From assembly GCA_013265495.1 (NCBI GenBank), contig MU058844.1:10500184-10564183 (forward strand): a stretch of 64,000 nt of DNA, given 5' to 3'. The position numbers were made by a program, and so were the translations under genes. Numbering within the stretch: the first letter of the stretch is position 1; each line of letters opens with the position of its first letter. Below, piece by piece: positions 25,590-41,181 of this stretch. This stretch comes from Vicugna vicugna. Taxonomy: Eukaryota. The notes beneath the pieces are model-generated. The model had not been told where the DNA came from. It saw nothing but the letters and a program-made list of their open reading frames with translations, and did no database searches.

Positions 25590-26296
25590 TGTTAAAAAGT
25601 CTACAAATAATAAATGCTGGAGAGGGTGTGGAGAAAAAGGAATCCTACACTGCTGGTTGGACTATATATAAACGGGTGTAGCCACTGTGGAGGACAGTAT
25701 GGAGGTTCCTTAAAAAACTAAAAATAGAGTTCCCATATGATCCAGCAATCCCACTTCTGGGCATATATCCAGAGAAAACTCTAATTTGAAAAGATACATG
25801 CACCCTAATATTCACAGCAGCACTATTTACAATAGCCAAGACATGGAAGCAATCTAAATGTCCATCAACAGATGACTGGGTAAAGAAGTTGTGGTATATA
25901 TTTATAGAATGGAGTACTACTCAGCCATAAAAAGAATAAAATAATGCCATTTGCAGCAACATGGATGGACCTAGAGATTGTCATTCTAAGTGAAATAAGC
26001 CAGAAAGAGAAAGAAAAATACCAAATGATATCACTCATATGTAAAATCTAAAAAACAAAACAAAATAAATGAACTTATTTTAAAAACAGAAACAGATTCA
26101 CAGACATAGAAAACAAACTTACAGTTACCAGGGAGAGAGGAGGTAGGGGGGGATAAATGGGGAGTTTGAGATTTGATACTAACTACTATATATAAAATAG
26201 ATAAACAAGTTTCTTCTGTGTAGTACAGGGAACTATATTCAATATCTTGTAGTAACCTATAATGAAAAATAATATGAAAATGAAAAAAAAAAAAAG
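25590..26296 (+). mobile_element. L1 ORF2 C-terminus and 3'UTR ending in an A-tract
   Basis: 'aataaatgctggagagggtgtggagaaaa...ccatatgatccagcaatcccacttctggg...atggatggacctagagatt'; A-run at 26283-26296. Confidence 0.92.
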
Positions 26297-27712
26297 CCCA
26301 AAAAACCCTTGCCTTACACAATGGCCAGGACTAAATGGGATGATGCATTTGAAGTAACTTGAAAGCTGTTGGCTTTGTGAGAAAATCAGGCAAACTCTTT
26401 CAACGGTAACTTACCGTTCTTGTTCGGGAATAACTGCCTTCCATTCCTTCCCCCGTGTCACATGATGCCCGGAGTTGTAATCATGGCAGGTGTCTGCTTC
26501 CTGGCTTCCTCCTTCAGTTATGAACATTATTGCGTTGCTATACATTTTTTCTTTTTACTGCAAAGTATCTCACACACATAGTGTATAAAATGCACATACA
26601 CATTTGAAAAAATAATTATAAAATGAAAAGTTGCAGATCCATTAACTAGATCAAAACACTACTGACCCTTTACAAATGGTCCCAGGACCCTCCCTGAGGG
26701 GACCCTCTTTTTACCCTTCTAGAGGAACGGCTGTCCTGGTTCTGTGCTCGCCGTGGTGTTTCTCCCAGTAGCCTTATCACCTATGTGCATATCCTTCAAC
26801 AATACGAGTGCAAATCTAGCTGTGTAAGGAAAAGACAATATCGCCACTGAGGGGCATGATGTGGGACCGCATCCACCTTCTTTTTTAGAAGATGGGAGAG
26901 CTTCCATCAGCCACAACGACAGGTGCATCAGCAGCTCTCCTTCCTGAAACCCCTGCTTGCATCTCTGCTGCTGATGGCACGTGATGCAAATTAGGGAAGG
27001 AAACTCCTGTTGTGTTAAGCCAGTGAGGGGTCAGGACATGTCTGTTACGGCAGGTACCCAGTAATCACCCCAATTAATCATCCCACCTCCTCCGTGCTTT
27101 AATTACCTGTGAGCCTGGGTAACCTCCAGAATGGCTGGTATCACTGCAGTAGTCTTTTCCCCCCACACTCTTGTGGGTTTCCTCCATCAATCCACTGCAG
27201 CGTGATCTTTATAGCTCAGGAATTTCACAACATTTCTAGTCTGCTGATGGCCCTTTGTTCTATTTTCTTGCCATCATTCCTGTTGCTTCGGGGATTTGGG
27301 GTTGAGAGTAAATTTCTCTGCTTAATCCACCATCTTGAGTCAATCTTCCTCTCATGGTATTAATTTGCATTTTTTGATTCCTAATAAGACTGAATATTTT
27401 CCCACATGTTTGTTTACGATTTCCTAACTTGTGGATTTGCTGCATTTGTGAATTTCCTTTGCTTCTTTCTTTATTGCACTATTCATTTGTTAAGAATTAA
27501 GAACTCCTGCTCAGCTGTATTCAAATGTATTAATCCTAAAACAGGCCCTAGGCATTCCAGTTTCCCCATATTTACTCATGTTGGTCTAGCTTTGAGTTAT
27601 TCCCTCTCTCCTCTGCCCTCTATTTGTTTCCACTGGAACCTTCACAATGTTTCTGAAAGACCTGCAGTTCAGTTACAGACCCAGACTTTGGTTATCATCC
27701 CTCCCCTAATTA

Positions 27713-30246
<2,534 letters not shown>

Positions 30247-30261
30247 TATTTACAATGGGAA

Positions 30262-30500
30262 ATATTTATTGTGTATTTACTCTTGTCAGCCTCCATACTA
30301 AGCATTTTACGTACGTTATCACATTTAATTCTTAAAACAACCTGCAGTAGTTACAACTATTAAATTCATTTCATAGATGAGGAAACTGAGGTATAGACAG
30401 GTTAGGTAATATACCTAAAGTCACAAAGGTGGAGTGAGATGGAACTGGGACTGAAGCCCATTCTGCCTGTTTGCAAAGACTTTAACCAGGACACAGTATT
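30262..30500 (+). mobile_element. MIR SINE
   Basis: 'atttcatagatgaggaaactgagg...gttaggtaatatacctaaagtcaca'. Confidence 0.8.
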
Positions 30501-31869
30501 TATTCCTTTGAATTCCTGGAGTCCCTTTGGCTGAGTCACTTGGGTTCACTATACTTATTTTATGTATCATTATTTATTTTCCTCTTGTATATGCCCTAAA
30601 TTTCCTATTCAGTTGTAGATTTCTTATGGTTATATACTTTTGCCATAGAAATGCTTTTTGTATCCTGTGTGTGACTCTCAATGATAACACATGATAGGTC
30701 TTCAGTGAAGTTGGTTAAATTTTATCAATTGTTCAGGACTGTTTTGTGGTTAATTAATTACTTAATGGAGATTCTTTTTGCATTCAAAGCTGAGAGGCAC
30801 CTTCTTTGTAATTTATCTCAGATAACTCTTGCCACACGTCCTCTTTGACCTCTCCCTCCTTTTATGGAGGCTTATTTAGAATGCCCTTAAGTGGCAACAC
30901 TCCTTCAGTTCTCCATAGAATTCTATTTGTAATTATGAAGAACTAAGATGTATGGAAATTTCCAGGAGTGGCCTTGATTTTCTTGGTCCTTTTTCAATCA
31001 GGTGAAACTTCTTAAATGAGCCTGGATTCTGTCTCATCACTTTTCCACAGATAAAAACTTCAAGTCTCTATAGTTGCTTTTGAAAATTGCAGGGCAATTT
31101 GCAATAATGGCAAAGCAGCCCATCTTCCATAGAACCTCAAGAGTGGCTTGGCTTATTACCCTTCCATTTTTGCATAGACTTACAGAGTTCGGAAGCCTCT
31201 CTCTTCCCAGTCACTGACTCTGTGTCTAAAGAAGAGAAAAAGACTGCAGTGCCATCAGGATGATGATAATTCTCAGCAATTTATCTCCCTTTCATTTCCC
31301 CATATATTTTAGAGCTATCCATTTCCTGGCATTCCCAAGGCCAGTTGTTCTGGGAATGGAGATGAAGTCAGATTCTCTCCATTTCAAAGGAAGAAAGTCA
31401 AATTAAGGATGTGTATCTATATCCCGGCACCCCAACCCAAGATAATAATACTTCAGGGCATTTATAGTTTTCACAAAGGGTGGCATAAAATTCTCACCAC
31501 AAAATTTATTTTCCTTTACTTAAATTCTGAATTGAACTGTATTTACAAACATAATTTATAGAAGGTGATTGCTACGAAATTAAACAAAACTAATGGTTTT
31601 GGATCCTTTGATCAATACTCAGGTTTAGAAAAATCTTTGCAGACCATTTGTATATTTATTTCTAATTGCTGACCTCCAGAAGTTTGCAGTGTAGAGCTTG
31701 CAATGGGTATACATATGTGTATTTTTATTGATTCCTGTACATTATACCTACCGTCAAGAAGGGTTTGAGGTGATAGACATTAAAAGTACCAGAATAATAA
31801 GTCTAAGACACAATCAACTCATTGCGAGATGAAAATTATGGGACATGTGATCATAAATGTGACTCCTGG

Positions 31870-32335
31870 TTGGGAATGTTTGGTTCAAATAAAAGAAAGT
31901 GTGACAGACAATGGCTTGAATAAGAAAGAAGTTTGTTCTTCTGAAACCAAAAGAAGTTCTGGAGCCCAGGGCAGCCCAGTAATGCCCGCAGTGTCCAGGG
32001 CTTGCATCCTGCTGCTCCAGTCTCCTTGGACTGTAGCTTTCGATGTCATGGTTGCAAGATGCTGGCTGCCCTTCAGGTGCCAAGCCTGTGTTCCAGGCAG
32101 GGTAGAGGGACAGAGACAAGAGGCTATCCGGGCGCATCAGCAGAATTTTCACCTGATAGATAGCTTTCCTGGAGCCAGACCGAGTTACTTCTGCTTCCAT
32201 CTGACTTGCTAAAACTTGGTCACAGAGTCACAAAAGAATGTAGATTAGGTAATTGTTTGTAGCTGAACACTTGGCCACTTTTGACCAAAGAGATTTGTCT
32301 TGTAAAGGTAGAAAGGAAAAATGGATATGAAAAAT
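31870..32335. mobile_element. Old MaLR LTR (MLT1J/K-like)
   Basis: 'aatggcttgaataagaaagaagtttgttc...catggttgcaagatgctggctgccc...aaaacttggtcaca'. Confidence 0.55.
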
Positions 32336-32429
32336 GACTCACAATGTTTGCTTCAGTAACTGATTTTAAAAACAGATGTATCTAAAATTTATGTGTCCTG
32401 ATAAGTGTTTTTAGAAAAAGAAAAAATTT

Positions 32430-32464
32430 TACACTTGATCTTAGCCAAAAGTCTGAGAAGTGAT
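32430..32464 (-). pseudogene. 3'-truncated U2 snRNA retropseudogene (first 35 nt)
   Basis: Reverse complement ATCACTTCTCAGACTTTTGGCTAAGATCAAGTGTA versus U2 5' end ATCGCTTCTCGGCCTTTTGGCTAAGATCAAGTGTA: 3 mismatches, 2 of them CpG decay. Imperfect A-rich direct repeats flank it. Confidence 0.92.
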
Positions 32465-33232
32465 AGAAAAAAAATTTTTTTTAATTATACAAGAAAATCT
32501 TGCATTACTTTGAAACAAGATTTTCTTGTTATATGTCAATTACTTCAACAATTTTTTTCCAATGTGCATCCTATGAGATACTGATCGGTATTATTTTTTT
32601 TAAAGACTTCTGAGTCAAATTAGTTTGGGAATCCATAATTAAGATGCAAGGGCTGATAACATAAGAGAAATCTGCTTTGTCAATCCCCAGGGCAGAGAAT
32701 AGGTTGAAATAGTTCCTAAACTTTTTTGGCCACAGAACGCTTTTGTTGGCTTATTATTAAGACTAGTATAAAAGGGATCTCCATCTGAGAAAGATTGAGT
32801 AGAATTTCATCTTGTGATTGACCGAAAGAAATTCCTCCTATCCCAGTTGTTTCCAAAAACCTTAGTTAAACCTATCCTTAGGGTACCTTTTTATGAATAG
32901 CTTTATCAAAAGGAATTCCAAAAATGTTTTGAGCAATAGCAAATTCATTGGAATCATCCCCCCTTCATACACACACGAAGGGGTTTTTTTTTCCCTTAAA
33001 AAACTAGCCATATTAATTTCTATCTTCTTATTCCACATTATTGTTGTTATTTTTTGATAGAACATACCCCTTCATTAATCCTTTCATCAAGATCTCTATG
33101 TGTTAAGCTCCTACAGGGGTCATAAACAGAACAATACTAACTGTTTCTGAAGAGAAGGCAGTGACTTACAGACTGACTTCTGATTCCTGTGCTCTGCCCC
33201 TATCACCCTGCAACCCCCTTTTTGGAGAGAGT

Positions 33233-33892
33233 TGTTCCTATGGTTTTGCTGCCAGTGGTGACTAGGTTCTTTGCCCATCACAGAAAGAATTCAGAGATGG
33301 GATTCAGAGGTCAAGAAAGTAAAGTGGGGGCTTATCAAGGGACAGATAGTACACTCTCAAGTGGAGAGGGGCAGGCTCAGGTGAGCAGCTGTTTTGAGTT
33401 TCTTTGGTGAGTTGGTCACATACAGTGTAAAAATGAATGGATGGAATATTCATTGGGGAAAGAAGGGTTTGCAGTGGTATTCCCTGGTTTTTATCCCAAC
33501 TCCACCTTTCTGAAGGGAGGACAGATTTTTGTCCTTATTTAGTCTGGATTGGAAGTGCCATGGCATCGGTGCATGATGGGTACTTCTAATCTGCAAGGTG
33601 AATTTTTTTGAAATGAAGGCATAATGAGCAGAGGGTTACATTTGGATACTGGAGATTCCTGCTTTTTTCCACCTTTCTTTGTCAGCCTCCAGGCCACCTG
33701 TCACCCCAAAATGTGTGACCATTTATCCGCCCAAAGGTTCCTGCTTTTTCTTCTCTGCCCAGGGACCACTATTGTTTACTAGATGTATGATTTCCTGCAT
33801 TTGGCCTGTGCCCCTCCCTTATGCTCAGTACCTGCCATTTGGTCTGTGTCCCCCTTTCTCTGCTCATATCTAGCTATCTGCCTGCTCTAACA
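33233..33892 (-). mobile_element. Solo ERV-type LTR (~660 bp)
   Basis: TG...CA termini; minus strand starts TGTTAGAGCAGGCAGATAGCTAGATATGAGC. No clean TSD seen; family not certain. Confidence 0.65.
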
Positions 33893-34927
33893 GTTTTCTG
33901 ATTCCTGTCTTGGGGAGCAGAGTGTCTGCAATTGAATGAAAAAGGACAGTTGAAAAATGCCTCAGGGATCTGGGGGGCCTAGCACAAGGCCCTGGTAACT
34001 CAGGCAGTTAGCAACATGTTGAACCAACATGTATATGATGTCTTCTTATTGTTAGCATTTGTGAGACTCCCGGATGCAAAGAAGCAAAACAATGCCTTCA
34101 CCTGAAAATCCTTTTGGGAACAAATTGTATCTCTTTTGCTCAAGTTATAAACTCAGTGCCTGGCATTTTAAAACAATCATTGCTTTTGTTGAATTAAAGA
34201 ATGGATGAAAGGAAAAAGTCTCTGCTATCAAGTTCAGTTTAGAGAATGTGATTTTTTCTTCTGGACGTGTATTTGTGGAGATGAGTATCATATCAAGAAT
34301 AACTGTAACACAAGATGTAAATATAGAGAGAGCATTTAAGTACTCGTGTGTTGAGGACTGCATCAGAGTGGTTTTCACTTTTGCTTCCCAATAAATGTAT
34401 CTTCTATTAACTTTGCTACTTTTCAATTTCAAAATGTAGTCATATAAAAAAAATCTAAGTAAAAAGGGAAATAATATACCCATTATCCCACTATCTCAAA
34501 AAACTAAGAGTAGAGAAATTTGTTAAACAAAAAGTATAATCAATGAAAACAACAGCTGAGCATCCCATGGAGAGAGAAGACAGAAGACAAAAAAATATGG
34601 CAGGGGAATTGAGAATTCAAGCAAGAGAAATCAAATTCTCTTGAGGATTTGGCCTCTGGACTAGAAGTTATGGGTTTCTTAAAATTTTTTAATTTTTAAA
34701 ATGTGACTTTGCTGTTACTCAGCAGGGAAGTGGCCATAGAGACGGTGGGCTTTGGTTCCCTCATCTCACTTCTTGGTGGATGTTAACTCTGAATCTCAAA
34801 TCCTGGACATCTTGCTTACAGCTGCTCTTGCCTCCCTCTTGAACTCCTTGCTAAATGATCCTCTCACATGAGTATTTCTGGGAGTATCCATGAGTATCTT
34901 TCACGTGACACGAATGTAGGAGCCTCT

Positions 34928-35180
34928 CTGTTTATTTGTGTCCTCCCTCTTTCCTTCTTGGTGAGTCTGGCCAGAAGTTTGTCAATTTAGTTAACTCTTT
35001 CAAAACACCAGCTCTTGGCGTGACTGATTTTTCTCTATTTCTTTTTAAAAAATCTCTATTTAATTTATTTCCTTCCTCATCTTTATTTTTTTTTTTTCTC
35101 CCTTTGGCTGACTTTAGGTTTTGTTTGCTCTTCTTTTTCTAATTCTTCTAGGTGATAGATTAGGTTGTTTATTTGCGATT

Positions 35181-35219
<39 letters not shown>

Positions 35220-35988
35220 GAAGACCTGTATCACTTTGAGCTTCCCTCTTAGGGCTGCTTTTGTTACATCCCATAGATTTTGTGTGGTTGTATCTTCATT
35301 GTTGTTTGTCTCAAAGTATTTTTTTAACTTATTCTTTGATTTCATCGTTGACCCACTGGTTTTTTAGTAGCATGCTGTTTAGTCTTAGTGCTGTCATTTT
35401 TTTTCTCTTGACTTTCTGTGGTTGATTTCTAGTTTCATGGATTTGTGTTCAGAAAAGATGCTTGCAATAATTTTTAGCCTCTTAAATTTGTTGAGGCTTC
35501 TTTTGTGCCTGAGTATGTGATCTATCCTAGAAAATGTTCCATGCGCACTTGAAAAGAATACATATTCTGTTTTTTGGGAATGCAGTTTCCTGAAAAATTA
35601 ACCAAGTTCAACCGTTCTATTGTGTCATTTAGTATCTCCATTGCCTGACTGATTCTCTGTCTGGAAGATCTGTCCGATGATGTTAATGGGGGTGTTAAAG
35701 TCTAGAAGCCTCTCTGAAGCAGACCTTTCTGTCCAGCACTGTTCTTACTATCATGGTTTTGCTCAGGGCTGGCAGGTTCTATCAACGGTTCCCTCCTCTC
35801 AGCATTATATCCAGTTAGGGATGGCCTCAGGAAGGGTTCCTGGGGCCCTTAAGTGTAGTTGAGTTTAATAGGATGGGTCGTTTAGTCTTCGCAGATAGAC
35901 TTTTTGTCTACTTAGCTCGGATATGTACTGCCAGGGTGGCTAGGTTGGCGAGTGATCAGATGTCTGCTGCCATTTTGTCCTCAGAACC
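34928..35988 (-). mobile_element. L1 fragment: putative 5'UTR piece (35705-35988) joined to ORF2 endonuclease/linker region (34928-35703)
   Basis: Minus strand AGACTTTAACACCCCC (DFNTP) and 'aatatgtattcttttcaagtgcgcatggaacattttctaggatagatcac' are L1 EN. The distal end GGTTCTGAGGACAAAATGGCAGC resembles an L1 5' start (less certain). Confidence 0.8.
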
Positions 35989-35999
35989 CACTGCTTGCT

Positions 36000-37460
36000 G
36001 TAACTACCCTGTGCTTAATATCATCATATACATTTCCAGGGCACTTAACATGTTATTTTCTCAGGTTATATTCCTAGAAGTAGAATTGCAGTGTTGAGCA
36101 TTATAAACAGTTTTTCAGCTATTGACAAATACTGCCAAATTACCCTTCAGAATGGATCCATTAGTGGTATATAATAGTTTCCCTTTATCCTTATTAACAG
36201 GAGATTACTCTTTCTAATCTTCACTAATCTATCATGGGAAATAAGGTTCTGGTGCTTCCATGAATTTGTTTCATTTTTACTAAAGCTGAACATTTATGTT
36301 TATTGACCATCAGTATTTTTATAAGTATTGCCCTGCTTTAATTGGCATTTCTTTTCTTATTAATCTCAGGAAGCCTCTATATATTAATAACTTTAGCCAT
36401 TTTTCATTTCCTCCAGTTGCATTTCCTCCCCAATTTGCTGCTTGTATTTTAAGTCAGTTCACACAATGTTTTGCTGCTGTTGATTCACAAATGTTTTAAA
36501 TTCATAGGCAATCAAATCTAGCCATCATTTTATTTGTACACTTTACTTTCCTTGTTAGGCTTCGACATTTGTATTTGCCATTTTATCTTTAAATATTTTA
36601 ATCGTATAGATTCAATTTTGTTTCTATTGACTGATTTTCTCTTGGTTACGGGTCACATTTTTTTGGTGTGTGTGTTTTAGTAAGTTTTGCTTGTATGTGG
36701 GTGTGATTGATGCTACATAATTGAATGTCTGGATTTATTTTTTTTCTTCATAGTGAGTTTTGTTCAGCAGGCAGTTAAGGTACTTGTAAGTCAACATGAT
36801 TCTTTCCAGATTCATTGTTCAGCTTTGTTGGGGTGGGTCTAGAGTCATCTTTACTCTCGGACTACATCAGAAGGAGCCTCTGCCAAATGCCCGGGGTGTT
36901 CAACGAGGCCTCTTCACTCCGACTGGTTGGAACTCAGACATCTCCCAGGCCCCTGAGGGCGCTGGTTGTTGTTCAGCTCACAGCCCACAGCACCCTGGTA
37001 GTTGTTCCTTCCCTGACAGTTCTTTCTGGCCCGGCCTCATGGAGCCTCATTTTTCACACACACAGTTTAGTATTTGACCCAAGACTCCAGGGGACTCCTA
37101 TGCAGATTTCTTTAGCTGCTTCTCTGCACATCTCCCTTTTTTTCTGGTCCCCTACCCCGAAGTCCAGCCACCTCAGTGGCTGTGAGCTTTGATCTCTGTT
37201 TCCTCAGCTCACCAAGACCCCCATGCTTTGTGTGGGCCCCCTTCCTTCTGCTGCAGTCTGAAGGCTTCTCCAGGAAGGAGCGTGGGATGGTCGTGTGGTT
37301 CACCTGCTTTGTTTCTCTTGCTCGGTGAGCTCAGTCCTGTGTATACTGTTGTCCAACATCTGAAAACAATCCCTTCATATATTTTCTCTAGTTTTATAGT
37401 TGTGCATTGGGGGAGGGCTAGTCCAGCAGCATTTACTCTCATTATGGCCCAAAGCATATG
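36000..37460 (-). mobile_element. Old L1M fragments (3' region plus 5'-end-like region)
   Basis: 'tcctagaagtagaattgc...tactgccaaattacccttc' and 'ttgtccaacatctgaaaacaatcccttcatatattttctctagttttatagttg'. Confidence 0.6.
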
Positions 37461-37479
37461 TTTGATATACATTATTGAG

Positions 37480-38005
37480 GATCTGATTGGTTCCTCCATA
37501 TCCATTCCACTTCAACCCCCTTTCCATTGTCTACTTCCTAACTGCAGAGAAGGAAAAAGTTAGATACTGTCTTACCATCCTCTGCAACAAGGAATGGTCT
37601 GGATTTCACCTAGCCAATGAGGCAAAAGAGGAATTCTTCTGGGAGGTTTCTGGAAAGACAGGTTAACTTCCTATAAAAGGAGACAAACACTGAAGGAGGG
37701 CTCTCCCTCACTAGCCTGACCTACCTCTTACCTTCAGTATGTGAGCACTTGATGTCTTGAGTAATGACAGCCATCTTGGATCACGGGGCAAGCAGCCAAG
37801 GACAAAAAGTGGATGGTGGATGGTGAAGAGGAAGGATAAAAAGAGCCTGGGTACTTAAAAAAAATCCCTAAAGTACTGAACCAGTCCCGAGACTGTCTCC
37901 TTTTGGGTTTGTGTTATGTAAATCCCAACATCCTCTTGTGTTAAGTCTCTGTTAGTTTCTATTGTTGCTTTATTACTTGCAGCCAGAGTATTCCTATCTG
38001 ATGTA
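37480..38005 (+). mobile_element. Old MaLR LTR (MLT1-like)
   Basis: 'cagccatcttggatcac...gagcctgggtac...ttacttgcagccagagtattcctatctgat'. Confidence 0.55.
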
Positions 38006-39144
38006 GAAACAAATCTTTTGTTTTCCAGCTGTTTGGACAGTTATATAAAGACATTCTATTTTTAAAAACCTATTGAAATGGCTACTTTCTCATACATTAA
38101 AGTCTTACATGTATTTTGGTCTCTTTATGGACTTTTCATCTTGTTCCGTTGGTGTATCTGTGTAGTGTGGTTACCATCTAACTTTTTACTATCTTGTAGG
38201 GCAAGAGTTTCTACTGCCCTCAAATTATGACTTACGATATTTCCTTTCAACTTTGTAATACTCTTCTTAGGTCCAGTTTTCTTGTAATTTTTAAAGTGAT
38301 TTAGCAGAACACTTTTTATATCTTTAAGGGTCATAAGATGTAATGATTAGGGAGAAAATGTAGACATTACCTCAAGGTTTTATGGAGAGGAGATGAAAGC
38401 TGTTGGTGGTTTGGAAGTTTCTTTAAAACATGACAGTGTTGCATACAGACAATAATGTCAAGTGCAATGTGATTTTAAGAAGAGTTAAGCAAAGGAAAAT
38501 TTTATTTCACAGTCATAAATAGCTGCTTTCTGTATGGGTTGAGAAAAAAATGCAGTTCAAAAGTGGACATCCACAGCTCCACAAGCATTAGCAAATAGGG
38601 AAATATAGTTGTATAGTAATAAGAAAATACAATGCCCCTATTCTCATTCTGCATAAGTAATAAGCAATTAGTTTGATTCCTAAGACTTGTGAGGTGACAG
38701 GAGCCTGAGAAGAGAAGGCTTTAGTTTGCTAACTGAAGCTGTCATTTGGGAAGGGTGTTTTGCTTGACAGTTGATTAGGGGTTAAATGAACTGAAAATAT
38801 TAGTCATTTTTGCTGCCTTTCCATTTACTGTAACAGCAGTTGTCTGCATTTTCCCTCACCAGTTCTAAAGACTAGATTTAAACAATTATCCATGTTGGAG
38901 ATACTGATTTTAAATGGCAAAAGTGTAACTAGGACTTGAAACCACTAGCTCTTTGAAGGATAAGGTTCTCGTCTGAAAATGAGATAAAGTGGTTGATGAG
39001 TCTTGAAAGATGCCTTTAAAGATCTGTTAGAACTCAATAATACAGTTCTGAAAAAAATATAATGTTGAATACACGGGTATCCAGCTCATTCTTAATTATT
39101 CAGCTTAACACTACAAATTCTTTCTGAGTCTATTAATTTATACC

Positions 39145-40200
39145 ATCACTGATCAGTATTTATTGAGTACCTACTATGTGCCACTTTTTAGATGCTTGAG
39201 GTACGAGAATGAACAGAGCAGATGAAGGCTCAGTCCCTATGGATATATTTCTTTGAGGAGAAGTTGCCAATAAACAGATAAACAAGAAAATATTCAGTAT
39301 GCTAGATGGTGATGTTTGATGGAGAAAAATAAAGCAGGGGAGGGGGATAGAGAGTGATGAAATGAGAATGGTGAAAGTTGATATTTGATTAAGGAGAGAA
39401 AGAAAATGAAGGAATACGTTTTGGGGCTCTCTGGAGAATGACTGCTGAAGTAGAGGGAATAGCAGGTGCAGCAGGTGCAAAGGCCCTGAGGTAGGAGCAT
39501 GTTTGGTATGTCTGAGGAGCAGCAAGGAGGCAATTATGAATGTGTGGCTTAAGTCAAGGAGGGAGAGGTGGGTGATGAGGTCAAAGCAGTAGCTGGGGTC
39601 CAGACCATGTAGGGTCTTGTAGAACATGGTAAGGAGTTCAGTTTTCCTTTTGAGTGAGATGGAAAACCATTGGAGAATTTTAAGATAAAGAAGGACATTA
39701 TCTACATGTTTTAACACGATAAATTTGGCTGCTGTATTGAAAATAAACCGAAGGGGAGAAGGATGAAATTATAGAGGCAAGTTACGGGGCTGTTGAGTTA
39801 ACCATGGTGAAAGACAAGGATGGCATAGACGGTGGGAGGGTGTTGAGAATGAGCAGATACTGGATGTATTTCCAAGGTAGAACTGACAGAACTTGCTGAT
39901 ATGTTGGATATGGATCAGGAAACAAAAAGAGCATCAGGGTGGGATAGAGAGTGGGATCAGTGTGGGGAAGAACAAGGATTCAGACTGAGGCATATGACAT
40001 CTGAGATGCCTATTAGACATCTAAATGAAACACTGAGTAGGTAGTTGGATATATGAGACTAGAGTTCAAGAAGGAGGTCTGGGCTGGAGGTAAACATTTT
40101 GGAGTCAGCACATAAATAGCATTAAAGCCATCAGGCAGGATGAGATCACCCCAGATGAATGTGGAAAGAAAAGAGCTCTGACCCCTGAGCCACTTCAAAG
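39145..40200 (-). mobile_element. L2 LINE, about 1 kb 3' fragment
   Basis: 'tatttattgagtacctactatgtgcca...gcaaaggccctgaggtaggagcatgtttgg...tgagatgcctattagacatctaaatg'. Confidence 0.9.
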
Positions 40201-40278
40201 TTCTCAGCACCATTATTGACTTGATTTATAAATTTTGACAAGTCCTTTGATTATCTGTGTTTCTCAATTTCTAATATC

Positions 40279-40712
40279 ATGTTGTCCAATAAAATATAAT
40301 GTAAGCCAGAAAAGAGAGCCACCTAGGTAACTTAAAATATTTTAGTAGACACATTAAGAAAAGTTTAAAATTAATCATGTTAAATAATATTTAGATAACA
40401 CAATGGACCTGTGTCAGACTTGTGAACTACAGAATAGTAAGACAATAAATTTGTGTTGTTTTAAGCCAGTAAGTTTGTAATAATTTGTATGGCAGTTATA
40501 GGAAAGGAATATATTCAACATATCCCCAATGATCATTTCCAGGTGAAATCAATATAAAAAATTTTTAGTGAGCTATTGACTTTCTTTTAATTATACTTAG
40601 TCTTTGAAATTGGATGTGTATTTTACATATCTAACACATCTCAACTTGGACCAACCCCATTTCAAATGTCAGCAGCCCCATGTGGCTGGTGGCTATTATT
40701 TTGGACACTGCA
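40279..40712. mobile_element. MER33-like hAT element interrupted by an MLT1 3' fragment (~40405-40515)
   Basis: 'tgtccaataaaatataatgtaagcca' ... 'catttcaaatgtcagcagccccatgtggctggtggcta...ttggacactgca'; internal 'acaataaatttgtgttgttttaagccagtaagtttgt'. Confidence 0.7.
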
Positions 40713-40767
40713 CTTCTAACCAGTAAAGCCAGAAAAGGGCAAAGCAATTTAGTACAAGAAAGATACG

Positions 40768-41181
40768 TGTGATGGTTCATTTTATGTGTCAGCGTGGCTG
40801 GGTCATCATGCTCAGATACTTGGTCAAACATTATTCTGAATGTTTCTGTGAAGGTATTTTTTGGGGTAAGATTAACATTTAAACCAGTGGAGTCTGAGTA
40901 AAGCAGATTACTCTCCATGGTGAGGGTGGGCTTCATCTAATCAGTTGATGAGGCCTCGATAGAACAGAAACTGACCTTCCCTGAGCAAGAAGGAATTCTG
41001 CCAGCAGACTGGAACTGCGACTCTTCTCTGAATCTTCACAAATGCGTGAGCCAATTCCTTAAAATCATCCTTCTCTCTCTATATATATATGTATGTATGT
41101 ACACACACACACACGCACACACACACACACACACACGTATCCTGTTGATCCTGTTTCTCTGGAGAACCCTGGCTAACACCA
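40768..41181 (+). mobile_element. MLT2 (ERVL) LTR with internal (CA)n
   Basis: Starts 'tgtgatggttcattttatgtgtca'; contains 'gtaaagcagatt...ctaatcagttga'; ends 'tgtttctctggagaaccctggctaacac'. Confidence 0.88.

Noticed and set aside
39160..39717. 185-aa ORF
   Set aside because: Lies entirely within a decayed L2 element.
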